A DNA stretch of 63,243 nucleotides, filler included. It is 6 parts of 6 records of this genome, joined end to end, with 100 filler letters (N's around TTAATTAATTAA, not from the genome) between each part and the next. Parts side by side here need not be neighbours in the genome. Positions count along the whole stretch, not along the records: positions 1 to 18,832 come from SRR31156797_1955; 5 more parts are not named here. One strand, written 5' to 3'. Positions 1 through 10,696 of the stretch are shown here, piece after piece. Each line of letters opens with the position of its first letter. The first letter of the stretch is position 1. Made by a program: the position numbers and the translations under genes. Below the pieces are notes generated by a model, which was given only the letters and a program-made list of their open reading frames with translations, was not told where the DNA came from and ran no database searches.

Positions 1-149
1 CAGAAATTTTATGTCGAACTCAGGTTAATAATACGACTAATTATGCTGAAATATTATAGGGATGTGTAATTTATTTAGGAAAAATAGGGCAGGAGAGGTT
101 TGGTGATTTGGAAAATGGAGTCAGAATTCATCAAATAACAATAGAGTTT

Positions 150-401
150 GTGCATTTAGATAAAAGAATTAATCATAAAGGTTCAACGATTAAACATGGA
201 GGAGCAAGATGCAATCAAAGAGGTTCGGATTTTATTCGAAGTTGTTCTGGCTTCAAACATTGAGGTTTAAGAATTGATCAGAGAGGTTCAAGATTTGTTC
301 GAAGAGGTTCAAAAAACGTTCGCAGAGGTACAAAATATGTAAAAGGAGGTTTAATAAATCTAAGACGGTGATTGAAGAATAAACAATGCATCTTAGGAAT
401 T
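150..401. repeat. Degenerate tandem array with 21-bp period (about 12 units)
   Basis: Units in register from 171: aatcataaaggttcaacgatt / aaacatggaggagcaagatgc / aatcaaagaggttcggatttt / attcgaagttgttctggcttc / aaacattgaggtttaagaatt / gatcagagaggttcaagattt / gttcgaagaggttcaaaaaac / gttcgcagaggtacaaaatat / gtaaaaggaggtttaataaat; shared GAGGTTCAA core. Confidence 0.8.
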
Positions 402-495
402 AAACAAGACATTCCTTTTACCAGAAAATCATTTTTCAGTTTAGCAAGACCGTGCTTTGATCAAGAAGGTGATTTTCTGGTACTTACACCTCAGG

Positions 496-2631
496 TTATT
501 GTCCCATTGCATCCTTCATAGAGAGTTGAATTCGTTTTCTAGCTCTATCTACCTCTGTAACTTTAACTTTTACATGCTGATGCAAAGACACAATATCATT
601 AGGGTCGCTGATAAATCGATCTGCCAATTGAGAAATATGCACCAAACCATCTTGTTTTACACCTACATCAACAAAAGCTCCAAAGTTGGTTATATTGGTT
701 ACAATGCCGGGCAATATCATACCTTCCACTAAATCTTCAATAGAGCGCACGCTTTTATCAAATTCAAAGACTTTTATTAACTGACGTGGATCTCTTCCTG
801 GCTTTTCCAACTCTTCCATGATATCTTTTAGCGTAGGCAATCCCACTTTATCGGTCACATAATCATCTGGACGAATGGAAGAACGAAGTGCATTGTCCTT
901 CATTAAATCCTCCAGCTGACACTTTTGATCCTTAGCCATTTTCTCTACAATAGCATACGATTCGGGATGCACTGCAGAATTATCCAATGGATTTTTAGCA
1001 TCTGTTATTCTTAAGAAACCAGCTGCCTGCTCAAAAGCTTTAGCTCCCAAACGAGGTACTTTCTTCAGCTCACTTCGCGATGAAAAGGCGCCGTTTTCCT
1101 TCCGGAACTCTACAATATTTTTAGCCAATTGTGGTCCTAAACCAGAAACATAAGTTAATAAATGCATGCTGGCCGTATTCAAGTCAACACCCACTTTATT
1201 TACACAGGATTCTACGACCTGATCCAAGGACGATTTTAAATTAGACTGATCCACATCATGCTGATACTGTCCCACACCAATGGATTTTGGGTCGATTTTA
1301 ACCAACTCAGCCAATGGATCAATTAATCTTCTTCCGATAGAAACCGCACCACGAACTGTTACATCATATTCAGGAAACTCCTCACGTGCTACTTTACTGG
1401 CTGAATACACAGACGCGCCATCTTCACTCACCACAAATACCTGAATATCCTTATTGTATTTTAAATTTCGGATAAATGCTTCTGTTTCGCGTGAAGCCGT
1501 ACCATTACCAATAGCGATAGCTTCCACACGGTACGCATCTACCAAAGAAGTAATTTTTTTAGCAGCCTGCTTTGTATCCCTTTGTGGAGGATGCGGATAA
1601 ATATTTTCGTTATGCAATAAGTTTCCTTGTGCATCCAGACACACCACTTTACAACCGGTTCTAAAACCGGGATCGATAGCCAATACTCTTTTTTGACCTA
1701 AAGGCGATGACAATAATAATTGCCTTAAGTTTTTCGCAAACACCTGAATAGCTTCGGCATCGGCTTTTTCTTTTGAAGCATTGGCAAATTCAGTTTCAAT
1801 CGACGATTTTAGCAAGCGTTTATACGCGTCTTTTACCGCCATTTCAACCTGTTCAGAAGCTTCGGTATTTCCTTTTACAAAATACCTTTCCATTCTTTCC
1901 AAAGCCTGTTCTTCATCCGGTGCAATAGAAACTTTTAAAAAACCTTCCTTTTCACCTCTTCGGATAGCCAATAAGCGATGACTCGGGCATTTTTTAAGTA
2001 ATTCACTAAAATCGAAATAATCCTTGTATTTAATTCCGTCCTCTTCTTTTCCTTTTACCAGGGTAGAAGTGACTACGGCATTTCTTTCAAAAACTGTACG
2101 AACGATATCACGCGCAATCGTATGTTCATTAACCCACTCAGCTATAATATCACGCGCACCCTGCAAAGCTTCATCCACGTCGGCTACTTCATTATTTACA
2201 AACTGGCTCGCTCTGGCTTCAACATCTCGCTCGTATTGCTTCATTAATATTTTTGCCAAGGGCTCCAACCCCTTTTCTTTAGCTTTAACTGCCCTTGTTT
2301 TTCTTTTGGGTTTATACGGCAAATAAATATCCTCTAACTCAGTAGCATTAAAGGTAGCTTCAATTTTTGCCTTTAGTTCACTTGTCAATACGCCCTGCTC
2401 ATCCATCGATTTTAGAATCGCTTCCTTTCGCTTTTCCAGTTCCTGAAGCTTTTCGTAACGTTCTTTTACCAAGGCCACATTTACCTCATCCATACTACCG
2501 GTTCGTTCTTTCCGGTAACGGCTAATAAAAGGAACCGTGGCTCCTTCATCAAGTAAAGCAATGGTATTATTTATATGAGTTAGCTGTAACTGTAGCTCCG
2601 AAGCTATAATTTGAGCAATTTGTGTTGACAT
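496..2631 (-). CDS. tex: Tex family RNA-binding transcriptional accessory protein
   Basis: N-terminal EGATVPFISRYRKE, YqgF-like IDPGFRTGCK, HhH region, C-terminal S1 domain (NFGAFVDVGVKQDGLVHISQL). Confidence 0.95.
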   Translation of the reverse strand: MSTQIAQIIASELQLQLTHINNTIALLDEGATVPFISRYRKERTGSMDEVNVALVKERYEKLQELEKRKEAILKSMDEQGVLTSELKAKIEATFNATELEDIYLPYKPKRKTRAVKAKEKGLEPLAKILMKQYERDVEARASQFVNNEVADVDEALQGARDIIAEWVNEHTIARDIVRTVFERNAVVTSTLVKGKEEDGIKYKDYFDFSELLKKCPSHRLLAIRRGEKEGFLKVSIAPDEEQALERMERYFVKGNTEASEQVEMAVKDAYKRLLKSSIETEFANASKEKADAEAIQVFAKNLRQLLLSSPLGQKRVLAIDPGFRTGCKVVCLDAQGNLLHNENIYPHPPQRDTKQAAKKITSLVDAYRVEAIAIGNGTASRETEAFIRNLKYNKDIQVFVVSEDGASVYSASKVAREEFPEYDVTVRGAVSIGRRLIDPLAELVKIDPKSIGVGQYQHDVDQSNLKSSLDQVVESCVNKVGVDLNTASMHLLTYVSGLGPQLAKNIVEFRKENGAFSSRSELKKVPRLGAKAFEQAAGFLRITDAKNPLDNSAVHPESYAIVEKMAKDQKCQLEDLMKDNALRSSIRPDDYVTDKVGLPTLKDIMEELEKPGRDPRQLIKVFEFDKSVRSIEDLVEGMILPGIVTNITNFGAFVDVGVKQDGLVHISQLADRFISDPNDIVSLHQHVKVKVTEVDRARKRIQLSMKDAMGQ

Positions 2632-2648
2632 AGGTGGATATGCAAATA

Positions 2649-3890
2649 TTAATTATTTGAGCTTTTCTTTTTAAAATAAGGTTTTCCTTTCCCTTTTTTG
2701 AATCCCTTTTTCTTGCCTTTATTTCTTTTCAATTTAGATTCAGGATTATATTCAGGTCCTGCTTCATAATCCGGAGGCAAAGGAATTTTATAGATATTTG
2801 TTTCAATCAGTTTTTCAATCTTATAAAAATCAAGCTGATCATCATCGGTTATAAAAGTAATACCCACTCCCTGCGTTGCAGCTCTTGCCGTACGACCAAT
2901 CCGGTGCACATAATCTTCCGCATCATTGGGAACATCAAAGTTTATAACCAAATCAATTTTTTCGATATCGATACCACGGGCTACAATATCGGTGGCCACC
3001 ATTATCTGAACATTACGGTTTTTAAACTCACGCAACACCTCTATTCGCTCACTCTGATCGAGGTCTGAATGAATTCCACGTGCATTAAATTTATTACGCA
3101 TTAAAGCCCGAACAATATCGTTCACTCTAGATTTTCGTGATGAGAAAATGATAATACTCGGTAAGTCTTTATCCTTCAGAAGATCGACAATCAAATCCAC
3201 TTTCTGATGCTCATGCACCACATAAGCGGCTTGTAAAATACCTTCTGCCGGTTTTGAAATGGCAATATTAATTTCCTCCGGCTTATTTAAGATCTCTTTC
3301 GCTAAATCTCTGATTTTTGGAGGCATGGTAGCAGAAAACAGAAGGCTTTGCCTGTTTTCCTTGGGTAAATAACTAACGATTTGCATTAAATCATCAAAGA
3401 AACCCATATCCAACATACGATCCGCTTCATCTAAAATTAAATGCTGTACCGTTTTAAAATCCACATAGCCCATGGTCAAATGCTGAATCATTCGTCCCGG
3501 TGTGGCCACGATGATATCGGCACCTGTCGTTAGGCCTTGTTTTTGCCTGTCCCACAAATCTTTATCATTTCCACCAAAAACAGCCAATGAAGTTACATCC
3601 AGAAAATAACTAAAACCTTCCACCTGTTGATCAATCTGCAAGGCCAACTCACGTGTAGGTACTAAAATTACAGCTGTAGTTCCCTTATGACCTTCGGTTA
3701 CGATCCTATCCAGTACAGGAAGTAAATAAGCTGCCGTTTTTCCGGTACCGGTTTGCGCACAAGCAATAAGATCAGCACCTGTTTTTATGACTGGAATGGT
3801 TTTTTTCTGCACAGGCGTTGCTTTTTCAAAGCGCATGGCATCTAAACCATCCAGTACTTCCTGACTAAATCCAAATTCAGAAAACTTCAT
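2649..3890 (-). CDS. DEAD-box ATP-dependent RNA helicase
   Basis: AQTGTGKT, PTRELA, TPGR, DEAD, SAT, ARGID, HRIGRTAR motifs; basic C-terminal tail. Confidence 0.95.
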   Translation of the reverse strand: MKFSEFGFSQEVLDGLDAMRFEKATPVQKKTIPVIKTGADLIACAQTGTGKTAAYLLPVLDRIVTEGHKGTTAVILVPTRELALQIDQQVEGFSYFLDVTSLAVFGGNDKDLWDRQKQGLTTGADIIVATPGRMIQHLTMGYVDFKTVQHLILDEADRMLDMGFFDDLMQIVSYLPKENRQSLLFSATMPPKIRDLAKEILNKPEEINIAISKPAEGILQAAYVVHEHQKVDLIVDLLKDKDLPSIIIFSSRKSRVNDIVRALMRNKFNARGIHSDLDQSERIEVLREFKNRNVQIMVATDIVARGIDIEKIDLVINFDVPNDAEDYVHRIGRTARAATQGVGITFITDDDQLDFYKIEKLIETNIYKIPLPPDYEAGPEYNPESKLKRNKGKKKGFKKGKGKPYFKKKSSNN

Positions 3891-3945
3891 AGGTTTTAAA
3901 TTAGATAAGGAAATTGATTTTTAAAAGATCCGAATTCATTCTCTT

Positions 3946-5130
3946 TTACTCTACATATAACACTAGCCCCTTAAGGTATTCACCTTCAGGATGATAAATA
4001 TTTACAGGATGGTCTGCCGGTTGCGTCAACTGATTTAATATTCTTACATTTCGTCCTGACTTAGCTGCAGCAGAGAATACCGCTTTTCTAAACGCATCTT
4101 TGCTCACGACCTGCGAACATGAAAACGTAAAAATAATACCTCCTGATTTAATTTGTTCGAATGCTTTTGTATTCAGTTTTTTATAACCTTGCAATGCGTT
4201 GTTCAACACATTATTGTGCTTGGCAAATGCAGGTGGATCTAATATGATTAAATCGTATTTATCCTTAATGTCATCTAAATATTTAAAGGCATCCACAGCA
4301 AAAGCATCATGACGTTCGTCGCCAGGGAAGTTGAGCTCTACATTTTCTTTAGTCAATTCAATAGCTCTTTCTGAACTATCTACCGAATGAACCAGTTTGG
4401 CACCTCCTCGCATAGCATAAAAAGAAAAACCTCCTGTATAACAGAACATGTTTAATACCGATTTTCCTTTACTGTAATGCTCAAGCAATGCTCTGTTTTC
4501 TCGCTGATCTACAAAAAAACCGGTTTTTTGTCCCTTCTCCCAATCTACCCTGAACTTCAATCCATTTTCAATGGCAATCCTTGTTGTGGACTCACCATAT
4601 GTATATCCGTTTTCCGGTTCTACCTTGGCTTTAAACGGAATGGTACTTTCCGATTTATTATAAATGGCTTTTAATTCTTCTCCATACAACTTTTTCAGAA
4701 TCTCATCAATAGTATCTTTAATTAAAAACATACCTACAGAATGCATCTGAACAACAGCTGTATCACCATACATATCTATAATTAATCCGGGCATATTGTC
4801 TCCTTCGGCATGCACCAAACGATAGGCGTTTGTGCTTTCATTTCCTACCAAGCCCTGATCTTTTCTTAGCTGATAAGCCTGAGTTATTTTGTTTTCCCAG
4901 AATTGATCCGTTACCTCAACTTGTTTAAACGAAACTATACGAATAGCTATAGATCCAATTTGATAATGACCTAAACCTAAAAACTCGTCTTTATTGTCAT
5001 ATACCTCAACGATTTCACCTTCTGCCGGCTGGCCATATATTTTTTTGATAGCTCCACTAAAAACCCAGGGGTGAAAACGACGTAACGACTGGTCTTTGCC
5101 AGACTTAAGAACAATTTTTATATAAGACAT
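3946..5130 (-). CDS. rlmI: 23S rRNA m5C1962-type SAM methyltransferase (RlmI family)
   Basis: PUA-like HPWVFSGAI, GQKTGFFVDQRENR, FCYTGGF, DPPAF, EGEYLKG. Confidence 0.9.
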   Translation of the reverse strand: MSYIKIVLKSGKDQSLRRFHPWVFSGAIKKIYGQPAEGEIVEVYDNKDEFLGLGHYQIGSIAIRIVSFKQVEVTDQFWENKITQAYQLRKDQGLVGNESTNAYRLVHAEGDNMPGLIIDMYGDTAVVQMHSVGMFLIKDTIDEILKKLYGEELKAIYNKSESTIPFKAKVEPENGYTYGESTTRIAIENGLKFRVDWEKGQKTGFFVDQRENRALLEHYSKGKSVLNMFCYTGGFSFYAMRGGAKLVHSVDSSERAIELTKENVELNFPGDERHDAFAVDAFKYLDDIKDKYDLIILDPPAFAKHNNVLNNALQGYKKLNTKAFEQIKSGGIIFTFSCSQVVSKDAFRKAVFSAAAKSGRNVRILNQLTQPADHPVNIYHPEGEYLKGLVLYVE

Positions 5131-5166
5131 GTGGTAATAAATATATATTTAAATGTGGTAATCAAC

Positions 5167-5787
5167 TTAAGATTTAGGTACATCATCTTCTTGTACCTGA
5201 ACTACTTTATTTACATCGAGCACCTTTAGTTTTTTGTAAATCTCCAGAGCTACCCATGAATCTGTTGCAGCGTAAACCATTTGACCTTGAGAGAGTGTAT
5301 CAGCCTCCCAGTTAGAAAGGCGCTGACGTTTTGAAACTCTTATTTTCAGCAAAATACCAGCTAGTTTTTTAAGCGAAAAATCCTTTAAGCCCTTTTCTAC
5401 TGCCATGCTCTGCAATTCAACAAATCCGCCAGGATCAAAGGAAATCAATTTTTGCAGACCTCTAATATCATCGCGTATTCCTACGCCCACTTTCATTACT
5501 TTTTCGGAGCTTAACAATTGTTGCAAACCTTCAGTAATACCCGTTTTATTGGTACGGATTAAATAAGTTGATTTTTCGGTTGTTAATTGTAATAAAGAAA
5601 TAAAATTAGTTTTTCCTTTTTTAAATGAGGGCCTTGTTTCTGTATCAAAACCCAGAACCGTCTCTCCGTTTATTTCTTTTATAACTTGTGAAACTCCATC
5701 TTCATCTTCCACCACTACGATTTCACCGGTATAGTGCTGTAAGGGTAATTCATTTAATGCTTCGTTTGTAATTGTGTTTTTAATCAA
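5167..5787 (-). CDS. 3'-5' exonuclease (DEDDy, WRN/RNase D-like)
   Basis: GFDTET, SNWE, YAATD motifs; TTG start. Confidence 0.88.
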   Translation of the reverse strand: MIKNTITNEALNELPLQHYTGEIVVVEDEDGVSQVIKEINGETVLGFDTETRPSFKKGKTNFISLLQLTTEKSTYLIRTNKTGITEGLQQLLSSEKVMKVGVGIRDDIRGLQKLISFDPGGFVELQSMAVEKGLKDFSLKKLAGILLKIRVSKRQRLSNWEADTLSQGQMVYAATDSWVALEIYKKLKVLDVNKVVQVQEDDVPKS

Positions 5788-5798
5788 AACGTCCTTTT

Positions 5799-6431
5799 TT
5801 AAATTTCTTCATCATCCTGCCATTGATCCTGAAACCTGTTAAACCAATCTTTATTGCTTTTTTGGTCGTTATCCAAGATTTCTGAATCAAAATCCAAATC
5901 CTCTTCTAGTTCCTTTTCGTTGAACAAAACATGGTGACATGCTCTTAGCACATTTACCATTTTTTGTCCCCAATACATTTCAAATCCATTCACCAACTCA
6001 GCCAGTGCATCATTCATAATTTCTGTAACACCAATTCTATAGGCAAACAAAAAGTCTTTCACATACTGATAGATATCTGCTAGGTTCTCGGAAATACTTT
6101 GTGCTACGTCAGCCTGCTCCATTTCGTTACCCGGAACATATACTTCCAAAAAATCATCATACTGTCCCAATTTATTTAACAAGCCATGCTGAATTCTCAC
6201 ATAGTCTTCTTCACGAACCGTTTTTTCAATTTCTTCTTCTAATTCAAATTCCGGCTTGGGTAAAACAATGGCCTTGATATACAGAAGTGGTAAAATACGC
6301 GTTAATACGGTAAATAATTGTCTGGTTGTCATTTCATCTGCATTCTCTAACTGAATACAAAACTCATTTCCAACAGTAACAAATTCCAATACGTTTTTTG
6401 AATAAACTAAATGATCCAATCCTTCTTCCAT
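5799..6431 (-). CDS. Conserved Bacteroidota protein (DUF5063-like)
   Basis: VYSKNVLEFVTV..EFC, LPLLY.KA, ISENLADIYQ, WGQK pattern. Confidence 0.75.
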   Translation of the reverse strand: MEEGLDHLVYSKNVLEFVTVGNEFCIQLENADEMTTRQLFTVLTRILPLLYIKAIVLPKPEFELEEEIEKTVREEDYVRIQHGLLNKLGQYDDFLEVYVPGNEMEQADVAQSISENLADIYQYVKDFLFAYRIGVTEIMNDALAELVNGFEMYWGQKMVNVLRACHHVLFNEKELEEDLDFDSEILDNDQKSNKDWFNRFQDQWQDDEEI

Positions 6432-6527
6432 AAAACTTGTAGCTTTTCCTCAAAAACACAGGTATTATTTTCTACATCATAATTCTATTCAGATAAACAA
6501 GTAGATTAATTTCTATGCTTTATTGCG

Positions 6528-6535
6528 CAAAATTA
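6528..6535 (-). promoter_or_regulatory. Bacteroidota -7 promoter element (TAATTTTG) for the DUF5063-to-tex gene run
   Basis: Matches TAnnTTTG about 100 bp upstream of the 6431 start. Confidence 0.5.
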
Positions 6536-6775
6536 ACAATTTATATGAGAAAAATGACTAATAATTTATGGGTCTGTAAATTCATAAGAGATTATTTATC
6601 ACCCATAATTACCACTCAAACTAATTCAAACTATTCTCACAACTGTTACAAATCTATATCAGCATAAATATTTTTTGAATAAAATGATTTAAAAGCCGGT
6701 CATTATTCAAACTTTTTTATGGCATAAAAATTGTTTTTTTCACCAGCACAGACCATTAACAAACTATTTTTTATA

Positions 6776-7537
6776 ATGAACAAACCAACCGTACCTTTTT
6801 TATTTTTTGTCAGCATTATCGCTATTTGCATGAGCTCCTGTGAAGCATATCAATACGCTACTTTCAGCAGTTCTTTACCTCAATCGCAGTACGATGATTT
6901 TTTCTTTGAGAACGATACCTTGCAAATTGTATATTCTTTTAATGGAATGGATTGTCCCATCAATATTGATATTTATAACAAATTGTCTAAGCCTCTATAT
7001 ATTAACTGGAGACACTCTTCTATAGTTTTAAACGGAGAAACCATTTCAATGGAGCCTAACGGGCAATTATTTAATACTTTTTCCTCACCAGATTCCATTT
7101 CAGAAATATACATTCCAAACCAATCAAATATTATCCCTCCACAATCCTTGCTTTCTATTGATCACTTAAATCTGGCGCATAATTTCTTAAGTATAACAAA
7201 AGCTGATTCATCACACAGAAAAAAGATATCTACAGAAGGTGCTGATCCTATTTTTACAAAGGTTCATTCTTTTCTAAAACCTAATTCACCTTTATATTTT
7301 AAAAGTTACATTTCACTTTCAGATAGTAGTAAAGATTTGGACAGCTTTATGTTAGAACATGAATTTTGGGTATCGGATATTTATAAAACCACTTCCAGTT
7401 CATCGAGTCAATCAAAAAGTACCTACTTCGTAAGCAAAACCACAGATTTTGGAAATTTTATGTATACACTTACTGCGGCAGCTGTTTTAACCGGATATGT
7501 TTTTCTAAAAGTGGCAGAAGCGAATGCGCAAGAATGA
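6776..7537 (+). CDS. Hypothetical lipoprotein with C-terminal hydrophobic helix
   Basis: Start moved to ATG 6776; signal peptide ending MSSC lipobox; hydrophobic C-terminus. Confidence 0.7.
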   Translation: MNKPTVPFLFFVSIIAICMSSCEAYQYATFSSSLPQSQYDDFFFENDTLQIVYSFNGMDCPINIDIYNKLSKPLYINWRHSSIVLNGETISMEPNGQLFNTFSSPDSISEIYIPNQSNIIPPQSLLSIDHLNLAHNFLSITKADSSHRKKISTEGADPIFTKVHSFLKPNSPLYFKSYISLSDSSKDLDSFMLEHEFWVSDIYKTTSSSSSQSKSTYFVSKTTDFGNFMYTLTAAAVLTGYVFLKVAEANAQE

Positions 7538-7548
7538 GGAGGCTAAAT

Positions 7549-9447
7549 TTAGCGAAGTACCCATTTTCCATTTTCTTCGGGATAAATAACCTGATTGTCG
7601 GCTAGCCAGTTAAAAACATCAATCCATTGTTTTTCTGGCAACTTTAATTGTTCTTCTATTTCTTCTAATTTTCTGGGTGTTGATAAAATCTTTTTTAACT
7701 TACTTTCCAACTTATCAGCTTCCTTACCCTGAATACCTTTTTTCTTTTTATCTATACATACATCACATTGACCGCACTCTTCAGTTTCTTTTTGTCCAAA
7801 ATATTGTAATAAAAAACGACTACGACAGACATGGCTATACTCACAATAATCAATAATTGCCTGTACTCTTTTTTCGTATTGCTTTTTACGATCCTTGTAC
7901 ACCATATCCGGCAATTTCATATATTTTATCTCTTCCCGAGCTTGAATATATTGTATCAGAGGTGTTTTCTTTTTGGGTAGATAATGAATGATTTTTAGGT
8001 GATCTAACTTATTTAAATACTGATAAATCAAATCAACATGAACATTTGCTCTTCTGGCTAATTCCTGCTCGTTCACCACCACATATTCGGTAAAAAAGCC
8101 GGTGTACGATCGCAACAAAAGCTTGATGAAATTATTAAACTGCTCATTCCGAACCTGAAAATTATAAAGTTCCATGTTGTTAGCCAGAAAATGCACACGA
8201 GATGGAATATTTGACTCTTCGCTATATTCAATATACTCAGCTCGCTGTAAAATTTTCAGACTATTAAAAACAGTAAGCATATTAAATTTATAAGATCTGC
8301 AAAATTGAACCATATCAAAGTCGTATACCATTTCTTCTCCATGTCCTGATGCCAACTGAAAGAAATTACCCAATGCGTTATAAACCCTAAATATTTCTTT
8401 CTTTTCAGGAAATGAAACGGTCACATTTCTTTTTAAACGGGTTTTGTCGGCATTCTCCCATAACATTACGGCATATGCTTTCTTTCCATCTCGACCCGCT
8501 CGACCCGCCTCCTGAAAATAGGCCTCTATAGAATCCGGAGCGTCCATATGTACAACCAAACGTACATCAGGCTTATCTATCCCCATTCCAAAAGCATTAG
8601 TACATACCATTACCTGAACCTGATCATTCATCCATTCGCGTTGCCGCATATCCTTTGACTCATGTGTTAAGCCGGCATGATAATAATGACTCTTAATCCC
8701 ATTCTCATTCAACCAGGCCGCATACTCTTTGGTCTTTTTACGGTTTCGAACAAAAACCACCGTACAGCCATTTATAGAACTGATTATTTTAACCAGTTGA
8801 TTTAATTTATTATCCGTTTGGCGAACGATATAAGCCAGATTATTTCTCTCAAAACTCTTTTGAATTACATTTTTCTTTGCAAAAAGTAAACGATCCTGAA
8901 TGTCATCAACTGTTTGAGGAGTTGCTGTTGCGGTTAAAGCTAATACTGGCGCTTCCGGAATTTCTTTTCGCAGTTCAGCAATTTTTAGGTAAGATGGTCT
9001 GAAATCGTAGCCCCACTGACTAATACAGTGCGCTTCATCCACTACGATCATGCTCACATTAAACTGCACCAGTTTTTCTAAAAACAATGGCGATGATAAA
9101 CGCTCTGGCGAGAGATATAAAAACTTATAATCACCTAAAATACAATTGTCGTAGGCAATATTGATTTCTTCGCGGGTAAGTCCTGAATAAACAGCAACTG
9201 CTTTAATATTTTTCTTTCTCAGATTCGCAACCTGATCTTTCATCAAAGCCACTAAGGGTGTGATCACCAAGCACACGCCATCCATAGCTAAGGCAGGCAC
9301 TTGAAATGTAATTGACTTTCCACCTCCGGTAGGCATCAAACCCAACGTATCATTCCCTTCTCCTATGGAATGAACAATCTGATCCTGCATAGCTCTAAAG
9401 CCATCAAAGCCCCAATATTGCTTTAATATTTTAAGATATTTCTCCAA
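7549..9447 (-). CDS. recQ: RecQ-family ATP-dependent DNA helicase
   Basis: PTGGGKS, DEAHCISQWGYDFRP, TATAT, QEAGRAGRDG, Zn-binding CRS..CGQCDVC. Confidence 0.93.
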   Translation of the reverse strand: MEKYLKILKQYWGFDGFRAMQDQIVHSIGEGNDTLGLMPTGGGKSITFQVPALAMDGVCLVITPLVALMKDQVANLRKKNIKAVAVYSGLTREEINIAYDNCILGDYKFLYLSPERLSSPLFLEKLVQFNVSMIVVDEAHCISQWGYDFRPSYLKIAELRKEIPEAPVLALTATATPQTVDDIQDRLLFAKKNVIQKSFERNNLAYIVRQTDNKLNQLVKIISSINGCTVVFVRNRKKTKEYAAWLNENGIKSHYYHAGLTHESKDMRQREWMNDQVQVMVCTNAFGMGIDKPDVRLVVHMDAPDSIEAYFQEAGRAGRDGKKAYAVMLWENADKTRLKRNVTVSFPEKKEIFRVYNALGNFFQLASGHGEEMVYDFDMVQFCRSYKFNMLTVFNSLKILQRAEYIEYSEESNIPSRVHFLANNMELYNFQVRNEQFNNFIKLLLRSYTGFFTEYVVVNEQELARRANVHVDLIYQYLNKLDHLKIIHYLPKKKTPLIQYIQAREEIKYMKLPDMVYKDRKKQYEKRVQAIIDYCEYSHVCRSRFLLQYFGQKETEECGQCDVCIDKKKKGIQGKEADKLESKLKKILSTPRKLEEIEEQLKLPEKQWIDVFNWLADNQVIYPEENGKWVLR

Positions 9448-9628
9448 GAGTTTTTTAATTTGAAGTTCGAATATATATATAAAATTGAAACAGATATTTA
9501 TTAAACGGACACAATAAATATGCTTTCAAACTCTATTTATAACTACTCCTTTATTACAGAGACCTTACGTAACTTATATCATTTTTTACTAGATTGCACC
9601 AATCATAAATAAATATACAACTATCCCT

Positions 9629-10024
9629 ATGCAAAAAACAGAAAAACTATACGAGGTGATGGGTGAGCTACTTTATGCAGTAGCTAAAGCCGATGGTGTT
9701 ATTCAAGCTGAAGAAAAAGAAGCATTAAAAAAAATGCTTCAAAATCACCCTTCTCAAGAAGATATTCTTTGGTCTTTTGAGTACGAGGAACAACATAATT
9801 CTTCGGTTGAAGAAACTTACAATAAGGTTATTAACTTTTGTCATAGTTACGGTCCTGCTCCGCAATATCAGGAGTTTATCAACGCAATGGAAATTATTGC
9901 CAAGGCTGCCAACGATATCGAAGAAAGTGAATCGAAAATAATTCAATCTTTTTCAAAGGATTTGTTGGCTAGATTTCAACAAGATGCAGAAAAGTTACTG
10001 ACTTTTGAAAAAGATATTGAATAG
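9629..10024 (+). CDS. TerB-like protein
   Basis: LYAVAKADGVIQAEE and second IAKAANDIEESE TerB-type motifs. Confidence 0.7.
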   Translation: MQKTEKLYEVMGELLYAVAKADGVIQAEEKEALKKMLQNHPSQEDILWSFEYEEQHNSSVEETYNKVINFCHSYGPAPQYQEFINAMEIIAKAANDIEESESKIIQSFSKDLLARFQQDAEKLLTFEKDIE

Positions 10025-10034
10025 TGCATTTACA

Positions 10035-10568
10035 ATGACACATGCAGAAATCGATCAAATATTAAACAATTTCCACTTTACCGAATTTAAGTGGATCAAC
10101 GCCAAAGATATTGTTGTAGCTCAGTGGGTGCGTGTTAAATGCACCTTTGGCTGCAGCGATTTCGGCTTAGGAACTTGTCCGCCAAATACACCTTCTGTGG
10201 CTGAGTGTGAAAAATTCTTCAGCGAATACGACAAAGCCATTATTGTACGGTTGGAAAAACAGGCAGATAAAAACAATTACCCTTCAGATTGGTCAAAAGA
10301 AATGACCAGCAAACTTCTTTCTGCTGAACGTGAGATATTTTTAGGTGGATACCCCAAAGCTTTTCTGTTAAACCAAACATGTTGCTCACTCTGCTCCAAT
10401 TGCAGAGGAGACAGATTATCCTGCACAAACAAAAGATTATCCCGCCCAAGCCCCGAAAGTTTTGCTGTTGATGTGTATGCAACAGTTAAAAATGTAGGAA
10501 TGGAAATAAATGTTATTTCAGAAAATCCTTCTGAAATGAATAGAATAGCCATTTTAATGATAAATTAA
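10035..10568 (+). CDS. DUF2284-family predicted metal-binding protein
   Basis: VRVKCTFGC..G...CPP, CSLC..C, RPSPES.AVDV; start moved to ATG 10035. Confidence 0.8.
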   Translation: MTHAEIDQILNNFHFTEFKWINAKDIVVAQWVRVKCTFGCSDFGLGTCPPNTPSVAECEKFFSEYDKAIIVRLEKQADKNNYPSDWSKEMTSKLLSAEREIFLGGYPKAFLLNQTCCSLCSNCRGDRLSCTNKRLSRPSPESFAVDVYATVKNVGMEINVISENPSEMNRIAILMIN

Positions 10569-10653
10569 TACATTAAAATACAAGGCGTTAATAATTCTGT
10601 TTTTATCAATTGTAAAAAAAACTTAAAGCCTCTTGAAGAACCAGATATTTTAG

Positions 10654-10661
10654 TAATTTTG
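10654..10661 (+). promoter_or_regulatory. Bacteroidota -7 promoter element (TAATTTTG) upstream of guaB
   Basis: TAnnTTTG 35 bp before the ATG. Confidence 0.55.
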
Positions 10662-10696
10662 CCAAAATTTTCTAATTCATATAAACCATCTATATC

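Noticed and set aside
150-401. CRISPR array (also considered for 30988-31197)
   Set aside because: No identical repeats separated by unique spacers, period only 21 bp, no cas genes
9629-10568. TerB-like + DUF2284 pair as a defence or tellurite-resistance system
   Set aside because: No other ter or defence genes and no evidence beyond adjacency
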